IMG/VR virus record: IMGVR_UViG_3300036760_000522
Coordinates: 62,001 to 126,000 of that record
DNA: 64,000 nt
Direction: 5' to 3' (one strand)
The notes under the pieces were generated by a model that was not told the origin of the DNA, ran no database searches, and worked only from the letters and a program-made list of their open reading frames with translations. This document shows, piece after piece, positions 17,901 through 27,789 of this stretch. Made by a program: the position numbers and the translations under genes. Numbering within the stretch: the stretch's first letter is position 1; every line of letters starts with the position of its first letter.

Positions 17901-19173
17901 CGTCGGTAGCATCAAAGTCTTCAATCCACCTGATGAAGCGTCGGCGGCTCTTGATACTGTCGAGGCCATCAAGCAAAATTTGGCTCTCGGAGCCAATGTC
18001 ACAGATCACGCTATTTTGTGTCGAACCAACAAAGAGCTTCACGCGTTTGAAACTGCGTGCATCATTCGTGGCGTTCCCTACGCACGCAAAGGGGCGTCGA
18101 GCTTTTTCGGATCCCCAGAAACCAAAGCAGTCCTTGGTTATGTACAACTCGTGACCGGAACAGATCCCATCAAGATGCAGGGAGCTTTGGCCGATGCCAT
18201 CAACAAACCCAATCGCTTCTTCATTGATCCAAAGAAGGGCGCAGAGGCTGTTGAGAGGGCTATCGTCGACTACGCACGGACAAAGCAACAAGACCCTAAG
18301 ACTATTGATCCTGTCGAAGCGTTGTCTGATCGCGGTTTCGTTAACGGACTTGCTCGTCGCCTTCTCGACTTGAAGGGTGGACGTGGTCGGGATTTTGATC
18401 ACAAGCTCCGTGAGCTGGGAGACGCTCTGAAGGAGATGCGTGCTTTGGCACAGACAGGGGGCTACACGACTCGAGACTTGTTCGATCAAATCTTGGGACT
18501 TGAAGGGACTGCAATCGTTGGCGGGAAGTTCATTGAGCAGACTTTCCGTGAAACACTGCAAGCTGATTTGAAGGATCGTGTCGGCGACGAAACGGATGAC
18601 GATGAAGAAGAGGAAGACGAAACTGATCCGACTCGCGGACTCGGCAACGTCTCATTCCTCTACAAGCTCTCTGAAATTGACCCCACTGACGAAGACGATG
18701 CCCTGACACCTCCCACAACTCCCGCTGGTTTCAAATCCAAGATGGAACGTTACGCGGCTAGAATGCGGGATCTTCGTACCGACGTCACTGCGTGGTACAA
18801 GAAACAGTCAGCTCTTCCACCCGAACAAAGAACGCCTCCACCAGGAACTTACGTAGGGACAGTGCATAGTGTAAAAGGCGCTCAATGGCCCAACACTTAT
18901 GTGTCAATGCCGGCTGGTAAGTTTCCTTTCAACATCCCAAAACGTCCAGGTGAACCGCCGCCTGATCCAGATGAAGTCAAAGACCAAGTCGAGGGAGAGC
19001 GTCGCCTTGCTTACGTCGCCTTGACTCGCGCTGCTAAGAATTTGACCATCATTTGCCCGGGCGAAGTGGGAGGAAAGCCCGCTGGCGTCAGCGTGTTCGT
19101 CGCTGAGGCAAAACTCAAAGTCGGAGAGAATGTCGTGGCGATCGGAACTGAATCACCAACGGCGGAGGGTTGA
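14983..19173 (+). CDS. UvrD/PcrA-like SF1 helicase with N-terminal extension and intein
   Basis: AGAGAGKS, TTFNNKAA, GTMHS, VDEAQD, VGDDKQ|SINAFQGA, TNYRC, LCRTN, TVHSVKG, ERRLAYVALTRA. Confidence 0.93.
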   Translation: MSTATDVMRVFHSSEDEDEVVGEFQVAEYIIFLLALDTYMRYAEESSGVDDIEDAIIRRGLQILRRAEADLENYGSFLEEHLSTPVQKQMLKRALSFKSFTPNGMARRALQFRTLLSRGGAQTVRAVFESNKYIRQMREAIAASMMEDADKALDIFAAMPLRNSRFRVWVDESAKQAGSGESAPQPVEAASNESSSEIRQELLVQQVQSTVAVGAEAARDAKDSRSALLEQTENEAREAAKRSIEVNQQRDEPLTRSEVVGVAAAAAMAATTDPSNPQNIPESLRALDDEQRAAALTNGRVVVAAGAGAGKSFTLVQRVTYLVKEQRVGPSRILVTTFNNKAAEELKEKIGKSLGGQVLQQMSVGTMHSLFSRFISEHGTPEERQAMQAPRFMRDGLSIAGAVQRMWSDCYGTKRPTPRMRTMLAYKSQWSGNGITPAEALATVPPRKEAQDAATWYTMYEGLKGTLPDWRPPCQSNSYTRFMSQNRGDGSRLGDFSDMLLIFRDILKRSPVVQSAVQKMFDHVIVDEAQDRNTIMAEIIEMISGHINEDSQDKSLWIVGDDKQCVHVDTLVDVPGNRRVRAGGLRVGAQVLSYRNSKVTPQIVESVTKSDWAYGFKVVTASGRSLTMSPNHRIWASEINPEIEDRIVYLMHRPNLGFRVGVTTNGRTKKGRRSIRSRMAMENADKLWILKLCGDYEEALLEESSYSLTYGIPTVVFNGVWRDLNQDRLDEVFRRFGKNGMKLLEASNLDFDHPHVTAYASGNGRVARRVIQMLAHHSKGTLVSLEWTGDDLDSPLKAAQVIFQSTGPRRRLRKHCNSYRDAISFATTLKGLTGAIINRRLSRHELEEPYQLIPAAGLFPGMRLVVLEGEDAVDSEEITSIDRVEGSFVDLSVDDASNFFGNGILSHNSINAFQGARAELFTSLWDQPGWKTRAITTNYRCEPEIVDAANALIANNEDQIPMEARADPRKVRGVGSIKVFNPPDEASAALDTVEAIKQNLALGANVTDHAILCRTNKELHAFETACIIRGVPYARKGASSFFGSPETKAVLGYVQLVTGTDPIKMQGALADAINKPNRFFIDPKKGAEAVERAIVDYARTKQQDPKTIDPVEALSDRGFVNGLARRLLDLKGGRGRDFDHKLRELGDALKEMRALAQTGGYTTRDLFDQILGLEGTAIVGGKFIEQTFRETLQADLKDRVGDETDDDEEEEDETDPTRGLGNVSFLYKLSEIDPTDEDDALTPPTTPAGFKSKMERYAARMRDLRTDVTAWYKKQSALPPEQRTPPPGTYVGTVHSVKGAQWPNTYVSMPAGKFPFNIPKRPGEPPPDPDEVKDQVEGERRLAYVALTRAAKNLTIICPGEVGGKPAGVSVFVAEAKLKVGENVVAIGTESPTAEG
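16675..17706 (+). mobile_element. Intein (344 aa) in helicase motif III
   Basis: Starts CVHVDTLV, has block B TMSPNHRIW, ends NFFGNGILSHN before Ser+1. Removal restores GDDKQSINAFQGA. Confidence 0.92.
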
Positions 19174-19177
19174 CCTA

Positions 19178-19840
19178 ATGGCCGCAACTTTCACCTCAAT
19201 CACACTCACAGAGGTGGACACCTTTCTGAAGCGAGGTTTCCGGATTTTGAGACCGAAGCCGGGACAAGACCGCGGTGAGCACTATTACGATCTCGGCTTG
19301 AGCCCATTTGTCATGATCCGGGTCTGGACCAGCGTTCCTGCAAGATCTGAGATAGGGGCTCCTCAAGGAGCTGACGCGATCCGCGTACAACTCTTGAACG
19401 CCAAGACGAAGCGACCACTCCAGTCAGGTAAAGCCCCCATCGTCAAGCGAACACAGAACTGGCGCAACAGTCTACAAGATCAAATCGAGAAACTGATCGA
19501 GGCCTACGAGGGGGACGAAGTACAGCGAGCCTCCTGGGACCGTGAACCAACGCCTGAAGAACAGAAGCGAGGTCCTGGACCAACGACGAAGCAAGTCAAC
19601 TACCTCATTTTTCTCCTGAACAAAGCGTCTCACCACAGCGTGTGGGAGGAAATCACAGAAGACTACGGGCTGACCAAGCCGATTTCGAAGAAGCAAATCG
19701 AGGACAAGTTGACAGGCGGCAGGGACGGTACTGCGAGCAAAGTGATCGATAAGCTCTTGGCTGCCGGTGTTGGAGGTAGTCGGTATGCCTCAGATGACGA
19801 CTGGGACGAAGAACGTGTCATCCCAGATGTTTGGAACTGA
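19178..19840 (+). CDS. Hypothetical protein
   Basis: RBS GGAGG before ATG 19178. RVWTS...DAIRV...KRTQNWR domain plus a TxKQxxYL...ASxxID small domain. Confidence 0.6.
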   Translation: MAATFTSITLTEVDTFLKRGFRILRPKPGQDRGEHYYDLGLSPFVMIRVWTSVPARSEIGAPQGADAIRVQLLNAKTKRPLQSGKAPIVKRTQNWRNSLQDQIEKLIEAYEGDEVQRASWDREPTPEEQKRGPGPTTKQVNYLIFLLNKASHHSVWEEITEDYGLTKPISKKQIEDKLTGGRDGTASKVIDKLLAAGVGGSRYASDDDWDEERVIPDVWN

Positions 19841-20657
19841 CAAGGATCCTGAAGAGCTTCAGTTTCGTGTCACTGTTGATCCAAAATTAGGCCCCAAGGT
19901 ACTTAGCGACACGGTCGCTTTCGGGGAAAACTTCATTGGACAATACTGCTACCGTGATGTGTTTGACGAGCTGTTTCTTGATCTAGCTTTTGGCAAGCCT
20001 CTTCCGCTGTCTCTCGTGATGAGGACTGTCGACGTTGAGGCAGCGGTCGCAATTGCGTTGTTCTTGCATCGGGACCTAGCAATCCATCCGCGAATGCCCG
20101 GACTGCTCGCAGCAGTTCGTCTGAACAGGTTGGGCGCTGCTGGACGTGCCCACATTGATTGTGATCTTTCTAGGTTCTTCCAGCACCTTGAGTCTTACCT
20201 GTCTGGAAATCCTCCGATTGAGAGGATTTTGGGGATCGTGGACGGTTGGATTTGGGACTATGTGCACAACGAGCGGTTGCCTCAACTCACGCCTGACAAG
20301 GGCATCCTCCTCATCGATAAGATTGGAACCAATGGATTTGTTGTTGCCACATTCGGGGACTACGCATCAATCAGATCCAGTTGGGAAAATCTCGTCTGGG
20401 AGCAGTTGTTCCGAGACGGATACCTTCGAGGGATTGTGACTGGCCATGTGAGCGACGACGGCAAGCGGTCTGTCTCAATCGCCCGTAAGAGCCAGTGGGC
20501 ACAGCTTGACCTAGTCAAGGCGCAAGCTGCGTTCGAATCCGCTGAGCGAGCCGCAGGGGGGCAAGGGACGTGGAATCACACAACACCTCTAAGGCTCAGC
20601 TGCGCTGGTACGCTGATCCCACCAGATGCCCTCGTCGAAGTACTGATCCGCGTCTAG
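19767..20657 (+). CDS. Hypothetical protein (start uncertain)
   Basis: Long ORF continuing the operon. Confidence 0.55.
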   Translation: MLEVVGMPQMTTGTKNVSSQMFGTDKDPEELQFRVTVDPKLGPKVLSDTVAFGENFIGQYCYRDVFDELFLDLAFGKPLPLSLVMRTVDVEAAVAIALFLHRDLAIHPRMPGLLAAVRLNRLGAAGRAHIDCDLSRFFQHLESYLSGNPPIERILGIVDGWIWDYVHNERLPQLTPDKGILLIDKIGTNGFVVATFGDYASIRSSWENLVWEQLFRDGYLRGIVTGHVSDDGKRSVSIARKSQWAQLDLVKAQAAFESAERAAGGQGTWNHTTPLRLSCAGTLIPPDALVEVLIRV

Positions 20658-20681
20658 TTTTATCACCCGGCCCACATTTGG

Positions 20682-21488
20682 ATGGGCAGCATTCTCGTTT
20701 CCGCCGGAACTGACGGACACACCCGTTATGTTGTGTGCCCGGACGGCACGCGACTTAATTTGGGGGCAGTATCGGTGTACGAGCTGGTGAAAGCCTCGCT
20801 TGCAAGGGGGTCTGTAAACCGAGTGGTGGCCGAGTACGAGCGGAACCACGAGGTCATGTTCCCGGTCAACGAGGAGCGGTTCTGGGCTGCCTTGATCCCC
20901 CACCCACGCTACCAACGGCGTTCGACGACGCAAAAGCCTTTATCAGCGTTGTCGTATCAGGAGCCTCCCACTATGCCGACTCTTGTTCAAGACACACAAG
21001 TTCTCGCCAAACACGTCGATCTCTTGAGTGACGCCGCATCCAAGAAGGCGTCGAACATCCAAGAAGGTGTCAACATGTTGGTCAAGCTTGTAAACCGCAT
21101 TGCCGGCCAAAACACCGAGTACTACAACGTCGGAAAATCCGACGTCAAGGAAGTCACGGACACACCTCTTAAGGTGCCGACCGTGAATGATGCTCCGCCC
21201 AAGGTCAAAGGTCTCGACAAACTCGCTTTCGATACCTACCAAGCAAACGAGATTCTAGCGCAAGACATCATCGTCAAGGCGGAACAAACCACGGACCGCA
21301 TCGCGAGACTCGAACAAGCAGGGCGAAAGTTCAACGCAAGTCGCGCACGTACGGATGTTCTCGAAGTCACGAGCAAGGTCAGAGGGATCTTGGCAGCTGA
21401 CCTCACAGCGAACTGGGTCCAAAACGATCTACAGAAGCTGTCGAGCCACATGAATCAGCTACACGGGCTCTTCGTGAAAAACAGCTGA
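20682..21488 (+). CDS. Hypothetical helical protein, possible internal start at 20973
   Basis: Internal TTTAT, AGGAG and ATG (MPTLVQ); KKAS and KLA motifs. Confidence 0.55.
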   Translation: MGSILVSAGTDGHTRYVVCPDGTRLNLGAVSVYELVKASLARGSVNRVVAEYERNHEVMFPVNEERFWAALIPHPRYQRRSTTQKPLSALSYQEPPTMPTLVQDTQVLAKHVDLLSDAASKKASNIQEGVNMLVKLVNRIAGQNTEYYNVGKSDVKEVTDTPLKVPTVNDAPPKVKGLDKLAFDTYQANEILAQDIIVKAEQTTDRIARLEQAGRKFNASRARTDVLEVTSKVRGILAADLTANWVQNDLQKLSSHMNQLHGLFVKNS

Positions 21489-21540
21489 CGCGCCAAGGAC
21501 CTCCAGAAGTTTCTAGGCGTCTAAATAATCAAGGAGAATC

Positions 21541-22266
21541 ATGGCCCAGCCTACAGACGTTTCCAACTACATCTACCGCAGCGGGACGGCACCGAATACT
21601 CGTGCCGCCATCAGTCAGAAAAACAAGGTTTTCTCCTACGCTGTCGGAACCAAAGAGTTCCGCCAGATTGGCGTCGTCTCCGAGTTTGGACACGACGAGT
21701 CAAGGACCATTGATCCTGCTCGCGGTGTAGGCTACGGAGATCAGATCGCAGAACTCATTCCTGGAGTCACCGAGCCGATGACTCTGACGTTGAACCGAAC
21801 TCTGCTCTACGTCATGAACTTGTTCCAAGCGGTAGGTTACAAGGGCGGCGTTTCAGGACTCGTACGAAGTCTCAAGCATCATCGTTGGCCGTTCGACATC
21901 AAACAGGAGCTTGTTTTCTCGGAGATCGCAGGAAAGACTGACATAGACAACGTCACGATCCAACAAGCTCCGAAGGCCAGCGTACAAGCTGAGGGACAAG
22001 AATTTCTGACGCCGACAGGAATTCGAGCCCTGTTCACCTTCTTCGAAGGCTGCTGGTTCAACTCCTACTCGGCTTCCTACACCTCGGATGCCGCCATGGT
22101 GACTGAGAACTCAAGCGTCACTGTGACGGACATCATCGACGGACGAAGCGAATACGGAGAATTCATCGACACCGGGCTCGCACCGATCGACAGCAATGGT
22201 GTGGCTGGTACAGGTTTCTCGCTTCGCTTCGCAGGGAACAGCGCACAAGTAGGAGCCCTCACCTAA
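21541..22266 (+). CDS. Tail tube protein
   Basis: QIGVVSEF...ESRTIDPARGVG...ELIPG...TLTLNRTLLY. Strong RBS AAGGAG. Precedes chaperones and tape measure. Confidence 0.8.
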   Translation: MAQPTDVSNYIYRSGTAPNTRAAISQKNKVFSYAVGTKEFRQIGVVSEFGHDESRTIDPARGVGYGDQIAELIPGVTEPMTLTLNRTLLYVMNLFQAVGYKGGVSGLVRSLKHHRWPFDIKQELVFSEIAGKTDIDNVTIQQAPKASVQAEGQEFLTPTGIRALFTFFEGCWFNSYSASYTSDAAMVTENSSVTVTDIIDGRSEYGEFIDTGLAPIDSNGVAGTGFSLRFAGNSAQVGALT

Positions 22267-22319
22267 ATAATTCGCTAGCTCGTCCGCAAAATACCGATCC
22301 CGATCAAAAATGAAAACAC

Positions 22320-23360
22320 ATGGCTACAACACTGAAGGCACAACGCCTGACGGACGCGCTCAAACGTGCTCGTCAGGTAGGCCGCATTGAAGAAGCGATC
22401 ACCGTCGAAGGTTGTCCCGTCATATTGCAGAACTTGACGCCCGAGCAACACATCGACATCGATCAAGAGATCCGAGATCTCGACGGCATGGAGTACATGC
22501 AAGCGATGGCAATGGCCAACGTTTGTCGGGCCATCGTCTCTGTCGACGGCGTTGACTTGCGTGGCGTTGAATACGTTGAGGACACTGCACCAACAGGTTC
22601 GTTCGTTTTGAACGCAGCAGTTTCTGACGCTTCAACGGTCCAGAAGGCGCTTCAAGCGCTATCGGAGATAGGGGTCAACGAGGTATCTCTGATTCCTCCT
22701 GATGCTGAAGACGGAACCAGAAATGTTGTGTTCCCTCGTCACGAGTGGGTACGAGACTTGATCCGTAACTGGAGTCGTGAGGCGATCAATGTCACCAACC
22801 TCAAGGTTCTCGAACTACTGGTTGAATCCGATCGGAGAGCCCGTGACGGGATCAAGTTCCAAAGCGAGAACGAAACAGTAGAGGACAGGTTTCGAAAAGC
22901 TTTAGCTGAGGCGAAGGTTCTCGAGGAAACTCTGCCAAAGGAACTCGTCGAAAAGGTTTTGGGGGACGTTGGATATGCGGCTAAAACACAAGCGGCAGAG
23001 TTCGCAAAAGCCGATGAGCGTTTGCGATCAGTTGCACAGCCGCCACCTACGGAGGCAACGGAAGAAGACGCTAAGACTCGTGCTACTGAAGCCGTAAAGT
23101 CGCGAACACCGTTGAACCGAGAACCTATCGCAGTAGCCCCGATTGTAGCTCCAACTCGACGTGGAGCAGAGATAGCAGAGCTTGAAGCCTCTGTTACACC
23201 TCCTGGACTCACAGAACAACAGATGGCACCGAGAACATCGCAACAAGAAGTTCCGGAACTCATACGAAAGCAGCCAACCGTTGATGGATTGCAGGTTTCG
23301 CAAATATTGGATCGCCCACCAACCGCTGGACTCAATCCTAGATACCGACGCCCGACTTGA
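22320..23360 (+). CDS. Putative tail assembly chaperone
   Basis: Synteny between tube and tape measure; VILQNLT and RAIVSVDGVDL motifs. Confidence 0.6.
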   Translation: MATTLKAQRLTDALKRARQVGRIEEAITVEGCPVILQNLTPEQHIDIDQEIRDLDGMEYMQAMAMANVCRAIVSVDGVDLRGVEYVEDTAPTGSFVLNAAVSDASTVQKALQALSEIGVNEVSLIPPDAEDGTRNVVFPRHEWVRDLIRNWSREAINVTNLKVLELLVESDRRARDGIKFQSENETVEDRFRKALAEAKVLEETLPKELVEKVLGDVGYAAKTQAAEFAKADERLRSVAQPPPTEATEEDAKTRATEAVKSRTPLNREPIAVAPIVAPTRRGAEIAELEASVTPPGLTEQQMAPRTSQQEVPELIRKQPTVDGLQVSQILDRPPTAGLNPRYRRPT

Positions 23361-23362
23361 TC

Positions 23363-24541
23363 ATGTCCGACGTCTCGTACCAAGCTGAGCAGGAAAAACT
23401 CGCTCAGGAACGGGACGGTCAAAGACTGATCGACATTCCAAGTAGTGCGCCAGAGGTCAACCCAGAGCTTTACAAGGACATAGAGCCCATACTGTTTCGT
23501 GGGTTTCTTCACACGACGACCACTATCAACGGGGTCAGGTTCGTGTTCAAGTCCGTGAACCACCACGAACTTGCTAGGCTGCGTTTCGAGGAGCCGCAAG
23601 GGTTTTCGACAGAACAGTCTCAGCGTTTCAACGCACTGTTTTTGGCCTACGGCGTTCTCATGATCGACGGTCAAAGCGTTCTTCGTGTGCGTGAACACTG
23701 GATGTCACAAGTTGCGGATCTGTTCTACGATCTTGGGGAAGCAATTCAAAAACGGGTTGTCATTGAACTAGGAGATCTCAACCGACGAGCGAATCGAGCC
23801 ACAACACTGACAGAAGCCTACGCGATGGAAAATGCATCGCGGCTTCGTTGGGCACAGCTCCGAGGCCTGGACTTGGCAAGCTCATCAGTAACCGGCATTG
23901 AGGGAACCGACAAGCTGGGGCTCAATTGGGCACAGCTCACTTGGCGGGCCATCAACTATTATGAAGACCAGCGTGACAATGCAGAACGAGAATGGGAGAA
24001 CGCGAAGTTCGTTGCCAGCGCCATGGCTGGGAAGGGCATGCAAAAAGTCCACAACGACGATCGTCGTCGCAAGGAACAAGAACGGAATGCGAAACAAGAA
24101 AGGAAGGACCGGCTCTTTCGCTATGCCCTCTTAGGCGAGTCTCTTGACGTGACCGTTGAAAAAGGAACTCCAATTCGAGTCGCACGCAGCGTCGAGGAAC
24201 TGGCTACCCAGCTCGAACGTGATTTGAAAGGCGAGAAGGATTGGCACGATCGTGTCGTTGACGAGCACGATCGAAAAGTACGTGAAGCCCAAGAACGGCG
24301 TAGTCAACAGCTTCAAGCGTTCCAGCAAAGTTACGAAGAACAGTACGGATCGAAATCAGTTATCGGCTCGTCTGATATGCAAGGGCTCACGCCTGAAGAG
24401 GTCAAGTACCAAATCACGAGACGGAAACAAATCACAGCTCAACGCTTAGCGTCGCTCCAAGTACACCCAGAATTTGCTGATCAGAAACAAGCTGAGTTTG
24501 CCAACAAATGGCGAAACGTAATCACGAGAGTTGACCGATAA
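23363..24541 (+). CDS. Putative second tail assembly chaperone
   Basis: Directly precedes tape measure; related LAYGVLMIDG motif; charged C-terminus. Confidence 0.55.
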   Translation: MSDVSYQAEQEKLAQERDGQRLIDIPSSAPEVNPELYKDIEPILFRGFLHTTTTINGVRFVFKSVNHHELARLRFEEPQGFSTEQSQRFNALFLAYGVLMIDGQSVLRVREHWMSQVADLFYDLGEAIQKRVVIELGDLNRRANRATTLTEAYAMENASRLRWAQLRGLDLASSSVTGIEGTDKLGLNWAQLTWRAINYYEDQRDNAEREWENAKFVASAMAGKGMQKVHNDDRRRKEQERNAKQERKDRLFRYALLGESLDVTVEKGTPIRVARSVEELATQLERDLKGEKDWHDRVVDEHDRKVREAQERRSQQLQAFQQSYEEQYGSKSVIGSSDMQGLTPEEVKYQITRRKQITAQRLASLQVHPEFADQKQAEFANKWRNVITRVDR

Positions 24542-27500
24542 TGGCGGGCGAGACTGAAGTCCTAGACCTTACTGTCAACACCAAGAAGGCCTTGGCCGAG
24601 ATGGAGCGGTGGCAGCGAGAGACTGTCGACGCACTCCAGAAGATCATGAAGGTCACGTCGGAGCTTGGCTTCGACACACAGAAGGTTGCCAAGAAAGCCA
24701 TTGACGCTCAAACCGATTGGGCCGACAGTGCTCGCGACCTCTTCAAAGTCTACCGCCAAGAGGGGAAAGAAATCGACGACATCAAAAGACAGGTGACAGA
24801 ACTTGCCAGCAAGTTTGATGACGCAAGCGAGACAGAGCAGAAGGCCATCGCGAAACAGGTCAAAGAATATCAGAAACTTGGCAAGGTCAAAGTAGAAGCA
24901 CTCAAGGAGCGTGGAGAGCTAGGCAAGGGTCTTCGAGACACCTCTGCGGCAGCTGCTGACGCCTTCAAGGAGTCCCTACGGAGTGTCTTCGGTCGAGACC
25001 TCAAAGGGCTCGTAGAGAGCGGTAGCAAGGCAGCAGCGAAGAGCTTCAAGATCCTGCCCGCTGCGTGGAAGGTCTTCAAAGGAGGGGCCAAGGGAGGTGC
25101 AGCTGGCGGAGCTAAGGGTGCAGCTGCGTCAGCTGGCGGAGCTGGCAATGCTCTCAAAGGCGTCGGTGACCTCGTTAAAGCGATCAAACCAATGATTAGC
25201 ATGGCGACAGCAGTCGGCGCTATCGCAGGTTCTGTGGTCATGCTCATCAAGTTGTTTCTGGATCTCGATTCGGCTGCAAAGGAGTTCAACAAGAGCTTGT
25301 TACAGTCTGCTGGTACAAGCGGGTTCCTTGCTCAACGTGGAGGGGATGTTGACGCAGCATACCAGGATGTGGAAACCACACTGCGAGGCGTTCGAGACGC
25401 GGCGAACAGCTCCGAAAACATGCAGTGGGGGATCACGCCCGCCGATCACCAAAACCTCATGAACAATCTGAATCAGGAGGGAATCACACTAAACAGTATT
25501 GGCAAACAAGGTGGCGACTCCGCAGAGGGTGTCCAGAAGCTTGCCACAAGTTTGGTCCACACTGGCGTTGCGTACTCGAGAGCGTTTGGAGTTCCATTAC
25601 AAGAAATCGGTCAGCTTCAAGCCGAGATGGCTCACGAGATGGGGATCTCTCTGAACAATACGAGTCATGAGTTCGAGAGAATCGCACAAACGGCTGATGA
25701 GGCTGGGATCGGAGCTGTCAAGTTCTTCGGCATGATTCGAGGTGTTTCACAGGACTTGTCGTTGTGGGGTTTGCGCATGGAGGACGCGACGACCATTCTC
25801 GGAAAACTGATGAAGAACATGACGCCGAGAGAAGCACAGAAGTTCTTCCAAACTCTTACGCAGGGCTTCAAGGGAATGGGTCGCATGGATCTCGTCCGAA
25901 AGGCGTTCATGGGGGACCTGAAAAAGACGCGCGTGACCATGGAGTCAGAGATCCAACGAATGTCTCGCAATACCGCAGAGGAACTTGGCGCGGGCCTCGG
26001 ATACAATGAAGATCAGATCCGCGACCTGCAACAAAAGATCACAGCTGGTGGCGCCAGCGCGATTACTGATCTTTTGCCGAAGGTGTCTGAGGAGGTGCGA
26101 TCTTCGGTTTCAAGTGCTGTCTCACATCTCGAGACACAACAAAGAAGGCTCTCGAGAGGTACCGTGATGGGGTTGGCTGAAGCTATGGCTGATGCTGGAC
26201 CTGCGGCAGCCGCTGAAATTCGACGACAAACCATGTTATCTCGGACTGGTTTCAAGTCACTCAAGGAAGCTGAAGGAGCTAAAGGCGGTGACGCTGTTGC
26301 TTTCATTGCAGAAGCATTGGGAGAGAGCGTCGAGGCTGTTCGTGAATTAGGAATGTTTGAAGAACACGTTCAGACACAACAACAAAAGTTGATATCTGAA
26401 CTGGCAGATCCCAAGACGATGGAGGCTACTCAGAAGAAGTTGTCCAAAGCCGGGATCAAAGGATCCAAAGAAGCGATCGAAAACGCCAGCTGGTCGGCAA
26501 TCTGGGAAACCATGTCAAAGGATCAGCAAAAGCTGATCAAAGGTGAAAAAGAAACGATAGATTACGCCAAGAGAACAGCTGATTTTCAGACCAGTTTTAT
26601 CCAGAAATTCGAAGCCTTGATGGGCTTCGTCATGAACCAGATCTACAACATCATGATCGATGTTTGGGACGCCATCACGTCCTTAACAAATTGGGGTGGG
26701 GGTATTGAGAAGACTCTCAAGAGAGCCGTGATGGCGTCCAAGAGTCAAGAGACAGCTAAGATTTACGAAGAAACTAAAGGCGATCCAGGTAAATTCAAGG
26801 ACGCGCTTCGCGATCAAACGGACTACGCTGCGAATCTTGGCAACGCTTTGAAAGGTGAAAACTCCGCCGAGATAGAAGACATGATCACCAAGTCACTTTC
26901 GCTGTTGTCCACAAAGGAGGCTGCTAGCGCAGCTGGAATCACGAATGTCGGAGGTAAAACAAACATCGATGAAATCATCGACAATCTGCAAGGCGAAGAA
27001 CGTTCCAAGTTTTTCGAGAAAGCAGGTACGTGGTTCGTAGACGCAGCCAAAATGGTCGAGCTGCAAAGCAAATTTGAGAGCGTTGCAAAAACTGCTGGTG
27101 ACACGGCTAAAGGAGCAACAGAGGGTGCAACAAGGACAGGTGTCACGACTGTTGAACGTGCTGGGGCTCCTGCTGCAACAAGGACAGGTGTCACGACTGT
27201 TGAACGTGCAGCACCAGTTGCTCCCGCGGTCAGCGAGGCAACTGGTGAAGCTTTAGGACTGTCTAGTGAACAAACGTCTTCGTTGCAGTCGATCGACAAC
27301 CAGTTGGATCGACTGAAAATGGACACAGGCTTCCTGAGCGGACCTTACGCTAACACACTCGAGAACTCGATGCTGGCGGCGCTTAGAACCGCCTTGTTTG
27401 AGTACTACCTCTACAAGGACATGAACCAAGCGGACGTACTTGGTACCATGGTTAGCGGAGGTTTCACTGGGCGATCGTTTTCACAAGCTGTTGGAGCTCA

Positions 27501-27789
27501 GGCCCAAACGGGACAAATCAACTTGAACGATTTGCCTGTGGCTGGGGCTAACGCAACGGGAGGTGTCGTCTCGAACGTTAGCGGTGGACTAGCTTTGGTG
27601 AGGGCCGCAGCCGGTGAGGGCCTCGCTTCGGTTGGACGGGGTGAAACAATTGCGCCAAGAGGAGGTGGCAGTACGGGTGGGATTTCGATACAAGTTAACG
27701 GCGTAGGCGGCCAAGACCTGGCTAGAATCATCGAGACCAAGGTCATCGACGGGATCCACGAATACAAGCGTCGTGAGAGGTTCACGTAA
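24541..27789 (+). CDS. Tape measure protein
   Basis: 1082-aa Ala/Gly-rich helical protein in canonical position; C-terminal ATGG and ISIQVNG motifs. Confidence 0.8.
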   Translation: MAGETEVLDLTVNTKKALAEMERWQRETVDALQKIMKVTSELGFDTQKVAKKAIDAQTDWADSARDLFKVYRQEGKEIDDIKRQVTELASKFDDASETEQKAIAKQVKEYQKLGKVKVEALKERGELGKGLRDTSAAAADAFKESLRSVFGRDLKGLVESGSKAAAKSFKILPAAWKVFKGGAKGGAAGGAKGAAASAGGAGNALKGVGDLVKAIKPMISMATAVGAIAGSVVMLIKLFLDLDSAAKEFNKSLLQSAGTSGFLAQRGGDVDAAYQDVETTLRGVRDAANSSENMQWGITPADHQNLMNNLNQEGITLNSIGKQGGDSAEGVQKLATSLVHTGVAYSRAFGVPLQEIGQLQAEMAHEMGISLNNTSHEFERIAQTADEAGIGAVKFFGMIRGVSQDLSLWGLRMEDATTILGKLMKNMTPREAQKFFQTLTQGFKGMGRMDLVRKAFMGDLKKTRVTMESEIQRMSRNTAEELGAGLGYNEDQIRDLQQKITAGGASAITDLLPKVSEEVRSSVSSAVSHLETQQRRLSRGTVMGLAEAMADAGPAAAAEIRRQTMLSRTGFKSLKEAEGAKGGDAVAFIAEALGESVEAVRELGMFEEHVQTQQQKLISELADPKTMEATQKKLSKAGIKGSKEAIENASWSAIWETMSKDQQKLIKGEKETIDYAKRTADFQTSFIQKFEALMGFVMNQIYNIMIDVWDAITSLTNWGGGIEKTLKRAVMASKSQETAKIYEETKGDPGKFKDALRDQTDYAANLGNALKGENSAEIEDMITKSLSLLSTKEAASAAGITNVGGKTNIDEIIDNLQGEERSKFFEKAGTWFVDAAKMVELQSKFESVAKTAGDTAKGATEGATRTGVTTVERAGAPAATRTGVTTVERAAPVAPAVSEATGEALGLSSEQTSSLQSIDNQLDRLKMDTGFLSGPYANTLENSMLAALRTALFEYYLYKDMNQADVLGTMVSGGFTGRSFSQAVGAQAQTGQINLNDLPVAGANATGGVVSNVSGGLALVRAAAGEGLASVGRGETIAPRGGGSTGGISIQVNGVGGQDLARIIETKVIDGIHEYKRRERFT
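27126..27209 (+). repeat. Exact 36-nt direct repeat with 48-nt period in the tape measure gene
   Basis: TGCAACAAGGACAGGTGTCACGACTGTTGAACGTGC at 27126-27161 and 27174-27209. Confidence 0.95.

Noticed and set aside
21520-22272. T4-like late promoter CTAAATAA at about 21521 and 22263
   Set aside because: Only two copies, one overlapping a stop codon; too weak.
23280-23365. Programmed frameshift between tail chaperones
   Set aside because: No clear slippery heptamer near the stop, and the second ORF has its own ATG.
17749-23698. Long antisense ORFs 17749-18561 and 22739-23698
   Set aside because: Shadows of well-supported plus-strand genes.
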